Shown here piece after piece: positions 11,230 to 23,421 of a DNA stretch of 64,000 bases (the stretch's first letter is position 1; the number at the start of each line of letters is the position of its first letter). The notes beneath the pieces are model-generated. The model searched no databases. It was given only the letters and a program-made list of their open reading frames with translations, and was not told the origin of the DNA. Origin of the DNA: Octopus sinensis (taxonomy: Eukaryota); NCBI RefSeq assembly GCF_006345805.1, contig NW_021835990.1, positions 366,824-430,823 on the forward strand. Reading direction: 5' to 3'. Both the position numbers and the translations under genes were made by a program.

Positions 11230-13700
11230 GGTATTATTAATCAATGAATAAGATATCCCTACCATAACACACAATTTCTACCATCCAACACTTCATAGAA
11301 ATTCCCCCTCCACATCACAAAAGAATCACTTTCGTCAATCTCCATCTCTACAGTCCCAGCCTGCACTGTCAAAATCTAGAATTTTATACCTCACAACTAA
11401 CTAAATATATCCCCTCCTAAGTCACTAACGGCTTTCTAGAATGAGGAAACAGCACCAACAATCCAAATAAATTGGGCCTGTCATCACAGTGGGAATACAC
11501 CGCGTGTGTCTCAAAGGACTCCAACAGTTGTACTCTCCTCACAATCGACACTAAACAAACTAATAAACACTAAAATAACACTGATCTCGAACTTCCCTCA
11601 AATTAGAAGTAAATTGAGGAATAATGACATTATTGGGTTTTGACTTGATTGGGTCGTTATGAACTAAATTGACTTTATACCAACTCACGATATGAACGGA
11701 GGTGTTTTGTTATCCCCACAATCTGCAACCCATAGCCAAAGTCCGAATATTTAATCCTCTCTCCATTAAAAGGGTCTAGCCCGACCACTCGTACTCGATT
11801 TGACTGGCGAGATGACAACGGGTTCAATTCAGGCACAACTTTGAATTAGTTACACACAAACTTATTCTAGCTCGGATTCCATCCGCTGCCAATCGCTATG
11901 TACGTTTAGTTAACAAGCCCATACCTCGTTGATTCCCTCAAATCTGGCGATTATGTCAGCGATAGGTTCTTCATCGGCTATGGGCATCATCGAATCATTT
12001 ATTCTGCCACTTGAGAGACGTGTCCTTTTATTACGTCGTTTTTTCTTAGCCTTCCTGATATATATACTAATATTAAATAAAACCACTTTCGGGGTGATCC
12101 ATCAGGGATATCAGCCATCATCAGATCCGTCCCAATTTGTTTATCAACCATTACCGGAGAATTAATTTCCATAACCACTTTCTCTGCTAAAATTTCATCA
12201 GTATACAGACTAGGATCACTAAAAATGTGTATCAGGACACAACATACCCAACTTTGACGGAATTTGTTACTCGAATTGGACTATTGAGTTCCGAATTTAC
12301 AGTCGAAGAGGGGGAAAATGACACATTAGGATTATTTTCAATAAACATGTTGCCGGAATTCAATGATTCTCGATTTTTGTTCAAGGAGGGGCCAACGAGG
12401 ATCACATCCTCAGGTTCGCTATCAGAACTACCAATAAAAGTGACTCGTCTTTTTTTTTCTTCGATAGATATTCCTCAAAATCAAAATGAACACCTTCCTT
12501 CTCAACAATCTTACCCACCTCGCCAAAATGAGTCTTGTTCTTGCTCTTGTCTCGACTGGAAAGGTTTTCACGTGCAGTCGTGTTTCGACCTTTCTTTAAA
12601 ATGGACACTGTCGATTTGGAATGAGGGACACCAGTGGTCACTTGTCCAAAATTAGGATTCTTTTGATGGATGACAGGCTCATCTTGTATTATATTACTTT
12701 TGGCTTTAGAGTTTTCCTTATTGTATAATCTTTTCGAGTTTTTTGACGACTTTTTTGACAAATTTGAATCAGATATATTCAAATTAGAACCTTCGTGGCC
12801 CATAACAGTCTCTTGTCCCAAGAAATGCGTTTTATCAGAATTTTTATCATAGGAAACTTCACAAGTGCGATTATTATGGCTATTTTTGGCCATTCTTGAA
12901 ACTCTCTTGGTTGAATTTCTGCTATTTTCAACACCAGAAGGTAATTCGTAGATGATTTCGACATCTTCTATCTCGTGTCCCGAGGATTGGGGGTTCTCAT
13001 AAGCCAAATCAGAGAAATAATCACTTCTATCCACATCTGTCCCAGCTTGAAATCCCAAAGATATCATTTCAGGTCTATTCTGACTCTTTTGTGTAGAGTC
13101 TCTTTGAACTGAGGCGATTGAGATATCCTGGGGATCATCCCTCCATAAAGGGTTTTGCCTTTCTTGCTCAATACTCATCTTGTAGGTCGAATTCGGCCAC
13201 TTTGAGTGAGAAACCTCACGAGTAATCAATCCTTGTACAGGTCCTCCAATTGAGGATTTTAATAACTTTGTTAAATTGGCATATTCAGAGCTTCTTAGCA
13301 TGTCATCCATGATAGGGGACTCCCCAGTGAACAATTCGGCGGTTTTTTCAGATTTTTTGCTATTTCTGCCCACATTTGATGACCTTGGTTGGAATTTTAC
13401 TACTGATGGATGATTTGTCTTATCTTTCGGTGCTGAAAATAAACGTAGATAGTTATTCTGTGGGATTAAGATGGAATTTTTAACCAAAATGCTCCTGTCT
13501 TGTATTGGTGGAGGATTTCCATGGCTCTGTTCTTCGTAACGAGTGCTTTCTAATCCGCTAATGTCGTGATCTTGGTCATTTGGGTGGATTTGGATTTCTG
13601 GTTGTTTAGAGCAGGGCAATTACCGTCAGGGAGAAGAAGCTTGTGCGTTTTTTTATTTCCAAGTTCCTTTAATATTCTTTTTTTACTAAAAGTTGTTATT
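11230..13700 (-). CDS. CENPC: CENP-C-like inner kinetochore protein (multi-exon; one homopolymer frameshift near 12450; start and some exon ends unresolved)
   Basis: Long low-complexity N-terminal region (ORF 12402-13619). CENP-C-like motif RQSNRVRVVGLDPFNGERIKY at 11747-11809. Cupin-like FGLLVLFPHSRKP and TVQAGTVEMEIDESDSFVMWRGNFYEV near 11270-11480. Several 23-30 nt GT-AG introns. Confidence 0.7.
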
Positions 13701-15009
13701 ATTTGACATTATTTTTGAAGATTAAAATATAATTAATATTAATTTTATACAATCGTCGATCCATTGTTGCTCTGAATAAACACACAAGTTGTTGTTGCGT
13801 AATAAATTAATATGCGCCATTATATATTTGGTTTATATTAAAATTAATTTGTGTGATTTACGATAACGTATTTTTTAGGAAAATACTATCAAGCGGAAAA
13901 AACGACTTTGATTTGAAACTAAACAGTTCTAAGCTGATTTGTTAATTCTATTGTTCAACAAAAGCTTTAAGTTTTCCTGAAGCGACAAAAAATTTGTTTT
14001 GAAAGTAAAGGTTGTTTTCCGATAGAAGGGTCCTTATTTTGTCAAAAATGTTTATTTATTTAATAAGTTTTGGTCAACAATAAAAATTAAAACTTATTTA
14101 TTAGATCAGCATATCCGCCTTTGAGAAAATTTTTGTAGAAGCTGTGCCATCAAATTTAGCTTTTTTTAAATGCGTACACTTTAGTCTGAGCAAAGTAGAA
14201 ATCTATTAAAAGAGGAGTGGAGACGACTTAGGGAGATGAACTGGCTGAGAAAAGTGGATTTGATTTTGATTTTGAACATTCCACTGAGTTTATGGTAATA
14301 GGCGATACACTTGAATCCTCATTACAGTTGGCTGTCGTTGTTTTGCTAGTTGAGTGAATATCTAGAATAATATTTTGTATTTTATTTCGAAATACCTGAT
14401 AGTTTTTGGAAATTGTTAGAAATAAGTTTTTTTTAATATTTTATAAAAAATTAAGTTTTTTTATTCAAGGTGTAAAATTGAATTATTTTAATAGTTTTTC
14501 GGAAAGCAATTTCAATAAGAAGTGGTAACGACGTGCTCATCACTACCAGCAAGCAAATGAGAAATAACTTTAAAGCAGGTGCCAGCTAAGAATCTTTCCT
14601 GAAATACAATTCTCCGATTGATAAAGAAAATGTCAATTTCAATGTCTATAATTAAAAATTATTATAAAAAACATCCAAAAATCGGAAAAGAAGTTGTTTC
14701 AAAAAAGTAAGAGAAAGAGTTTTTTTCAACCGTTTATCTTCTTACTAGTTAAATTATTGTAGTCACATTATCTTTTTAAACTCACTGATTACATTATCTT
14801 CATTATGAACAAACCAAGAGAAAACCAGTTTGTAAATTTTTTTCAGATTATGGAAAATAATTGATAAAGAAACAAGTACATGCACACTTTATTGGCTTAT
14901 TATTTGGAAATTAACGTAGCGATTATTTGTTTATTACTAAAAAAATATATTTTAGAATCCAAATTTTCAACGGATGTTGAAATTGTATTTTGTAAAATAG
15001 TTGAAATTG

Positions 15010-15270
15010 TGAGCAGTCAATTCCCAGAAATGCATTCGGGCGGGCGGGAAGCACAACGACCTGGACGACGTGGGGAAGGACTCGTACCACATTCTTTGAA
15101 ATGCTAGGAAACTGGTCATTCGGGTGTCCATTCATTCCCCAGTTATGTGTTGAGGCGCATTCTCAGACGGGCTCTCCACTTTTTTTATAACCAAACTGGG
15201 AGCAAAAGAAGGGTGTTTCCATCAGCTGGTGAACACTGTGCTCAGAATGATGGGCCAGTTCTTCCCTGAG
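15010..15270 (+). pseudogene. AARS1: Alanyl-tRNA synthetase fragment, internally deleted and frameshifted
   Basis: NSQKCIRAGGKHNDLDDVGKD.YH/FFEMLGNWSFG joined through a 19-nt GT-AG to YVLRRILRRA..KLG..FPE. Confidence 0.9.
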
Positions 15271-15313
15271 AAGATACAATGATGAATATGATGAATGAGC
15301 TAAATAATGAGCT

Positions 15314-15412
15314 AATTGTATATTTTAAATGCCAACCAAATTTTTAGTGAACTCTTCCCATCGCTGATTACTTTTTGTGTCATATAAACTAGTTAATTTT
15401 TTCTTTTTTTTT
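15314..15412 (+). repeat. About 100-bp direct duplicate of 8192-8292
   Basis: Direct comparison: one substitution plus homopolymer length differences. Confidence 0.9.
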
Positions 15413-15904
15413 ACCAACTCTGATTTGAATTTTAAAGGTTGCACAGATATATGTCAGAAAAATAACCCAAAAAATAATCGACTTCATGAAGAATTAGATT
15501 GAATATTTATGTCAAGAATTAATATTTTATTATTTTTTCAAACTATTCTATCATTAGATGCACGTTTAGAAATATACAAAAATCATATTTAGAAAAACTC
15601 CATTATTTTTTGATAACTTTTCTCTAGTTTCTAGGTCGGCAAAAGCTGGCTTGCGTGCTTTTATAGACTGTAGTTATTAAAATAAGAATAGACACCCCGG
15701 TAAAAACTAATAGTCAAGTTAAAAACGTCAAGTTAGATATTTTTGTGTTTGATCTATCGAAAAATCAGAGAACGGTAAATGAACTCGGGGTCACATCCCA
15801 AGAAAACTTAAAGAAAAGGGTTTATTTTAAACAGCGCTTATCATCCGCATACAAAAAATTGGCTTAAAGCACTCCCTATATCAGCATGGGATTATTACTG
15901 AACA

Positions 15905-17060
15905 ATAAATCATGGCCAAGTAAGGCCTGTCGATTTCGAAAAATATCAAATTCTCTGACCGAATGCTATAAATTGCCTTTTCCTCGTCGACAAAATCGTG
16001 GTATTGGTGGTTTGTTAACGATTCCTGTCATGAAGGCAATAACCTACCTTCACCATATAATTTAATATCTAATTTAATAAAGAAATCGACACTTTCTTCT
16101 CCTTCGTCTCAAATGTTACTGAATTGGGGAAGGTTGAGGGAATCATACACCAAATGGCATCCATGTCCAACTCCAATGGACGACTATAATATTCCACACA
16201 CATAAAACCCGATTGTTTTCTTGATTATCTGAGCTCCAGTGTTACATATGACTCCCGCCATTTCCATGCTGTACCAACGTGCTCTATACGGTGGTTAACC
16301 AACTCAACACTTTCCGAATTACGTATCCATAAAATGAATTGAGAATACATTTGTGGGCTGATTGTAGCGAGTCGTAAATTATTAGCATTTCTGAACAGTT
16401 TTGTACAACTGAAGCACATTCCCCATTTTTTGTAGCTTCAGACAATTTTTTCTGCCAAACTTTGCACAATTCCTTATATTTGTAACGACGATCACGGAAA
16501 TCACGGACTGTGTTTATGTAGAAAGCATTGGCTCTCTGACACACCGTGACTTTCCGTTCAGTCACAACTGGCACGTGGACTCGGTGGTACACTTTGTGGC
16601 AATAATCTGAAAATATCAGCAAAAAATCAGTCAGACCTTTCAGACGTTTATTTTTGATCATTTTCTGCTCTTCTACTGGAATTTGCTGAAAGTGCATAAA
16701 AGCTTTTAGTTTTTCTGACCAAAATGATTCGTTGTTGAGTTGACGTTCTATCAATTTGAGTTCACCGGATGTAGCAGGCACTAAAATACGTTTTGACTAT
16801 AAACTGATTTGTCTTCGCCACCGCAATGTCATTGCCCGATGGCAGTTCAAATTGTGCTTACTGAAGGCACACGAAGGACAGACATTGTCATCTACCATTG
16901 CATAGGGCTAACATAATATAAAACAGTTACAACCTGCAGTCTGTTTGTTAGGATGACATTCGGGTACATTGCGCCAACATCGAGGTGATAAATCAATGGA
17001 TTGGCCGTAAAACACAAATTTTCTCTTAGTGCTTCAACCTTGTCTGTCAATGATGATAAA
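15905..17060 (-). pseudogene. POLE: DNA polymerase epsilon catalytic subunit fragment 1 (palm/fingers), truncated at both ends
   Basis: [80 protein letters not shown]. Introns of 24-30 nt. Confidence 0.92.
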
Positions 17061-18060
17061 ATCTTTAATAAAATTAGAAAATAAAAACCTCGTCGAAATT
17101 AAGGAAAATTCCAGCATAAAAAACGAATATAAAAAGCCGACGGCGCATCGTGTGTGTGTACTTGTCTAATGTCAGTGTCAGTTTGTGTTTGTCGAAGAGG
17201 CTCTTTTGTCACAATCCTTTCTGATAATGAGAGGGTGCTTGCATTTGGTCTCTTTATTTTTTTACTAGGAGAATGATGATCAGGTTGTCTACGATGAAAT
17301 GTTTGAGACTCCTGAGGAGGGAGTTTCTACACTTGTGAGACGGCTTTCGGATGCTGGATTTACTCAGACAAGCAATTTTGAATTCGAGACAGATGCCCCA
17401 GACGATGAGATTGTCTCTGCTCTCACTGAGGGCACTGGTTAAGTCTTCTTGTTTTTTCTAACTTGATTTGGTTTCTAAAATTTTTGGTTTTATTCTTAGT
17501 TAGACAGTAAAGTTGATTTTTCATTTTTGACAATTCCTTTGTTATTTAGTCGATAATTTATTTTGATGTTTTCACACTCGATTTAAATTGATTCATGCTT
17601 TATAAATTTTTAAAAGCAATTTGTTTTAGGAAATGTCAAAATAAGTAGTTTGACCTACATTTTGTATTTATATCAATCAAGTTTACATAATATTCAGTTT
17701 TGAACACGTTTTATAATCAACTATGTTAGCTTAGGGTTCAAAAAAAGATATTAAAGATCTAAGCGCATACAACGATTTAAGCTAGATTATATAAAATATA
17801 TATGATCTATAAGTAATGTATCGACAAGTTATTAGTAATGATATAGATACGTGAAAACAATGATAACACTAATTATTTAAAAAGAATTTTATGAAATATT
17901 TTTGTATTAGAAATTAATGAATTTATGCATAAATAAATATTTATTATAGTACATAAAATTATGGTGAATATGAATTTTAAAAATAATCTGAGGTTAACGA
18001 TATGGAGTAACAAAATTGAGATTGGAGTGTTTTTTAATCATTTCTTCTCGAATATCCAGC

Positions 18061-18250
18061 CGACAAGACAAGACAAGTTTTATTTCCCAACAAACCCATA
18101 AATTAAAGTTAGGGAGAAAGCCAAGAGCAGAACAAGAAACTAATTAATGTGGGTTTGATTTCATTGTATAGGCCCTATACAATGGCACCATGTCATACTT
18201 CCAAGATGACTATGCGATTTTTTCAAGAAAAGAAAGTAAACCTTTTAGGA
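18061..18250 (-). mobile_element. Possible LINE/SINE 3' end with (CTTGT)n tail
   Basis: Minus strand ends aataaaacttgtcttgtcttgtc. No coding motif recognised. Confidence 0.3.
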
Positions 18251-18612
18251 TAATCCAGAAGATCGCCTCGCTTGTTACACGTGTGGGATTATAACTTTGA
18301 TTATGTTCCTACGGACAGAGTCTTTTTTTCAACACAACTGACTGTATGTAGGTCCAAGTTCCATCTTCAACAAACAATCATTCGTTTCATAATCCCTAAG
18401 CATATTATATACATACGTAAATTTTAACACTATTTTATATCTTGAGAATATTTTTGATTCCTCATCCTTTGCCATCTGATTTTCCCAAAAACTGTTTTCG
18501 ATTTCTATGGTAATCATCTATTTTTCATAATAAACTTCAAGCTAAATGGAAACATTTCTAGAACTGCAAAAAATCATTTATTAAAATTTCATGTCTTCTA
18601 AAACTAATTTCG

Positions 18613-18800
18613 CCGGTTAATTCTAAGCACTCCTCCCACGAATAATAATTTTTTCTCATTCTTTGTTGAAATAAAAATATCATTTTGATTAAAAAATACT
18701 TTTTAATTGCAACCTTGTCTCCAGTTGATTTAACAATCCCCGTATATACAATTCCATACGTTCCATCTCCGAGAATTTTTGAAAATGAATATTTATCCAT
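18613..18800 (-). pseudogene. MAK: MAK/ICK-family kinase, N-terminal about 50 codons only
   Basis: MDKY...LGDGTYG.V...VAIK, a 39-nt intron, then MRKNYYSWEEC. Similarity stops before subdomain III is complete. Confidence 0.8.
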
Positions 18801-18958
18801 GTATTTATTTAGATACTACCAAATGTCATTAAACATCAAAACTTAAGAAAACCAAATGACCTTCTAACTTTATAATCAATATGTTTCCTTTCCTTTTTTT
18901 TTTTTTTTTTTGGGTTTTTTTTTTTTTTAATTAAGTAAATTATGATGTTAATTTATGA

Positions 18959-19170
18959 TGATATTTTGCTTTGCTCGTTTTCAACTTCAATATTCTAAAA
19001 TTATTATAACATTGAATAACTTTAGAATATCTATTAAAATTCTCTAAACTCCAACCCAAAATATTGAGCTTTTCGCCGAGTTGATTTCCTGGAAGAAGTA
19101 TGGCAACCAATTGAACAAATTGTTGTAATGACGTTGGAATTTGATAGTTTTTATATAAAATAGCTTTAAA
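18959..19170 (-). repeat. 212-bp identical copy of part of the basonuclin gene (21909-22120)
   Basis: Base-by-base identical, offset 2950. Confidence 0.95.
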
Positions 19171-19379
19171 TATGTTTCCTTGGTGATAAAATTTATTAAA
19201 AGTAATTTTTAAAAAAGTCTTGTCTTTTTTCCTGGTCTTTTTTCTGCTAAAACATTTGCTTTATTTAAGGAAATAAAATATAAACCTGAACTTCAAAACA
19301 TAAAGTAAGTTAAAACACAAATTTTATACAACAAATCCTTGCAATTGAGGTGCCAATTTTGTTTTTAGTTAATAGATCG

Positions 19380-20500
19380 CAAATAACAGCATCAGGAATT
19401 TTGAAACTTATTTTAACGAATAAATCTGGTAATATACTATTCATTAAAAACACAAAATTAAAAAATGATGTTATGCCAATTCAGAGTAGGATCCACACCC
19501 GTACAATAATATATATTTTTTCATTTTGACAAGTGAGACCAATCAGAACAGCTCGGGAAAATCTTTGAAAATACTTTTCCTTCCCAGAGGGGAACTTCAT
19601 CTGAATCATTAAAAAGTTCTACAAATGCAACAGAAGAGTCAAAATCAAAACAAGCTGTTTTAAAAAAATATTTAAAAATAATTATAGCTGCAAACTTTTA
19701 CCGAAAAGATCCTTTCCTTCCCACAATTTTCTTAAAAGCTCTCAAATCAATTGTAGGTTTATTAACTATAGTCCGAAAAGGAAATTTTTCATTGGAAAAT
19801 TGATACCCAACCACAAGAGGGCCCTGAGGAGCAGCTAACAAGTATGGAAATTTCTCAGTGCTAAAATTAATTGACCTTACCTATTAATAAGTAAATATAC
19901 TACGATTAATACAGTTTCATTAAGTCTTTGAGCAAAACAAGATCCGGACTTTATATTCAGAGGAATTGAAGCTTTTTTAATAGATGTTTTATCCCATATT
20001 TTTGAGATATGTTCCTCTAGAATATCATCAGGTTGAATATGAGAGAGATCGAAGGACTTCTCATTGCTCTGTTTTATTATCGAACTATTAAATAACAACC
20101 ATCTGAGTTCTATTACTACTCTTATTCTCGATTCTCGAAGAAAGTTCATTCCCAAAAGTCCTTGAATCCCTGAGAGCCGAACTTGGGTGATATCGAGGTT
20201 TATTTACCTAAAAAATAAGATTAAATAAGTATTAACTATTTGCTGACTTGGATGTTTCCACATATTTTTCGATTTAAAGAAGTTTAAACAACTTTAATGG
20301 CTGTAAGCTTTCAGTTCGGGCTTGAAAACGTCAGTATTGTTTAAAAATTCGAGATATTCAGAAGATAAAAGGAAAATTCGGAAATAATTGTTCTTCAAAA
20401 AAACGTAAGTCTCAGATTTAGCTTCTTTGAATAATTTCTTAAATTCAACAGATTCGTCCTTCATATTGACACTTAGATATATCCGACTAGCCATTTCAGG
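19380..20500 (-). CDS. Unidentified multi-exon host gene or gene fragment
   Basis: ORFs 19877-20155 and 20294-20494 plus further open stretches separated by short GT-AG segments. No confident family match. Confidence 0.35.
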
Positions 20501-21251
20501 AGAAAGACAAGAAATATTCTCGCGAATAAAAAACCGATGATAAAGAGATTTAACATGGTTGTAAAAAACAATTGGTTCGGTGATTTTGATAATTCAAAAT
20601 AAAATTCAAAATTTACAAGCAAAATAAAAGTCAAGACAGTCTCCAAGGTTTAACTTATCAAGGAATATCTTAAATCCCATTAATCCCTTTGAGTTTTTGA
20701 GTAGTTCATCAAAAGTGTTGAACCAAGAAGGCTCGTTGTTTTTCACGGATGTGATTTCAGCGCCGTTATCCATTTGATTTGTAATCCACTAAAGGAGGCA
20801 TCATCTGAGGCACAACCACTGCGCGCTTGCGTGGGTACTCGTGAGGAAAATCGGGTCAAAACGAGGAGTCTTCTCCTACGTGTTGGAATCACGAAATGTT
20901 ACTTGTCCTGTCTTTCGTATTTCTAATGGGAAATTGTTATGTTAATTAAGTGGAAAAGACATTGAGAGAGACGAAAACTTTATAGATCGCATGATAACCA
21001 AATATTTTTGCAAAGCGTGATAAATTTGATTTTCTAACTTCAAATTTTCCTAGAACTAAATTTCCAAATTTAGAAATTAGAAATTGTACAACGGTTGGTA
21101 GAAATCGAGAAGTGAGGTCTTTGGGGTAGCGAAATCTAATCCCTTTGAACCTTTTTAAAGTGGTAATTAGATCAAAACAAATAATTTTTCGATAGTAAAA
21201 ATAAGAAAACAAATTCACTTAATTTGAATGAAATGTTAGAAATATAGACAA

Positions 21252-22293
21252 TCACATTTTTTGATATGATAAATCTGATTTTGAAATCATTTTGGTGATA
21301 TCCCTTAGGGGGGTTTCTGACTTTTTCCTTAAAAAACGCGTTGAACAATGCAATTTAGGATTTTTATTAGCACTGTGTCTATTCCGACTTCTTCTGGAAG
21401 AAAAGCTCATTTTGCAGCCAGGTACAGTACAGTAATGAGATTCACACAAATGGACTGCACTCACATGTATTTTTAAGGCTCCTCGGTTGCAAAATGTCTT
21501 TCCACATTTGCTACAGAGAACTCGTTTCTTTCCGTTTCGTCCAGTTATGATACCTCCATAAAAATTTTGTTGGAATGAAAAATTTTCTTTGGATTTATGC
21601 TCACTATTTTCTGCGTAGCTATTGATTAACTGCTCTTGTGAAAATGCTTTCTGTATTACAAAATTTTGCATCTGCTTGGTGAAATTTTCATAAACTTGAC
21701 GCATATAAAGCTCATATTGGTATTGAAAGACAGAGTACATAAACATTCCTAAAATTGGAGAATTATTTTGATATAAATTTTCAACGTTGAACGTTGCATG
21801 TTGGGTATTCCTGGAATCATTTAGTCTGTACTGTTTTGAGGTATATGCTTGGCTATGATCTATATAAAGTTTTTGAATTTTTAATAAAATAAAGTTTTCT
21901 TCTTCTTTTGATATTTTGCTTTGCTCGTTTTCAACTTCAATATTCTAAAATTATTATAACATTGAATAACTTTAGAATATCTATTAAAATTCTCTAAACT
22001 CCAACCCAAAATATTGAGCTTTTCGCCGAGTTGATTTCCTGGAAGAAGTATGGCAACCAATTGAACAAATTGTTGTAATGACGTTGGAATTTGATAGTTT
22101 TTATATAAAATAGCTTTAAAAATTCCGATATAGATTTGAGATAATTGACGTTCGTTAGATTTTACTACAAAGTCAACTTTAGCATATAAGTCAAACCATG
22201 ACAGATCAAGAAATGATGGCAAGAATCACATTTACGATTCCAAGTAGATTTACATACGAATTTCTGGCAGGTACAAAGCGAGCATGAGTTCAT
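21252..22293 (-). CDS. BNC: Basonuclin/disconnected C2H2 zinc-finger transcription factor, compact and apparently complete
   Basis: N-terminal CSLCTCQKF...[21 protein letters not shown], and paired fingers [33 protein letters not shown]...[18 protein letters not shown]. Confidence 0.9.
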
Positions 22294-23162
22294 AAAGTTC
22301 TTAATATTTATATAAAAAATAATATCAACTTTATAGCAAATATTGTGCAAGCAAATTAATAATTTAAAACTGATATACGATATACTAAATTCATTTACAA
22401 TAACATTAAATCAAACAATATTGATAAACCACATTTTTAAGATTATAATCTTTATATAATATTAAAATCATTTATATGTTTAAAGTAAACATGGACAGTT
22501 ATTTTAAAACTGCTAGAAAAAATGTTAAACCTTATTAAAAAAAATTTCTGTTGAATCCATATTAAAAATGTGATTCAAAATACGGTGTTCTAGAAATTAT
22601 AGACACACAATGCGCAAATTGATTATTAACTGAACGTAAAGCATTTATATCAATGTTTCTGCAACGAACCTAAGGAACTATGTACGATCTAACTTAAGAT
22701 GTCAGACCTACAATGTAAATAAGAAAATAAATAAATTAATAAAAAATATTGTTATATATCAATTTTGATGTTTTATGAACGTTTTTTCATGCAGAACTGG
22801 AGTCAGACGTTCCTAGACCTTAGTTTCTTTATAGGCTACTACAATGTATGCTAATGGCCTATTCATAAGGACCCTTCTAGAAGAGGCCTGGAATTATGCA
22901 GTTTATTGATAAAATCTCTAGAATACATTAACAAATTCCCTAAAATGTTATAAATCAGTTAATTAACAAATTTGAAAAGCGGAACTGTCTGAACTTTAGA
23001 TATTTCTAACTAAAAATGAGTCTTTATTTCCCGACAAAACACCCCCCGAGATCTCCACTTGTGTGCAACCAATCGACCTGATTTTTCCAGGACAACTGCC
23101 TCCCTTGATCGTCTACTATATTAACTCGTTCAACCTCCTCTAAACCTTTTTACTATCTCATA

Positions 23163-23421
23163 CTAAGGAACTATGTACGATCTAACATAAGATCTCAGAC
23201 TTACAATGAAAATAAGATAAATAAATAAATTAATTAATAATATTGTTATATATCAATTTAGATGTTTTATGAACGTTTTTGCATGCAAAACTGGAGTCAG
23301 AAGCATATTATATACATACGTGAATTTTAACACTATTTTATATCTTGAGGATAGTTTTGATTCCTCATCCTTTGCCATCTGATTTTCCCAAAAACTGTTT
23401 TCGATTTCTATGGTCATCATC
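23163..23421 (+). repeat. Chimeric duplicate: 23163-23301 copies 22670-22807 and 23301-23421 copies 18398-18518
   Basis: Direct comparison; both parts carry several substitutions. Confidence 0.88.

Noticed and set aside
12227-12655. Plus-strand 142-aa ORF
   Set aside because: Antisense to the CENP-C-like coding region.
15895-15915. Ciliate-style pointer repeats at the POLE breakpoints (with 38205-38225)
   Set aside because: No shared sequence longer than 2-3 nt at the two ends, so programmed unscrambling is not supported by sequence alone.
19380-20500. EFR3 assignment
   Set aside because: Only short resemblances (VRLSGIQG, LLFN); not enough to name.
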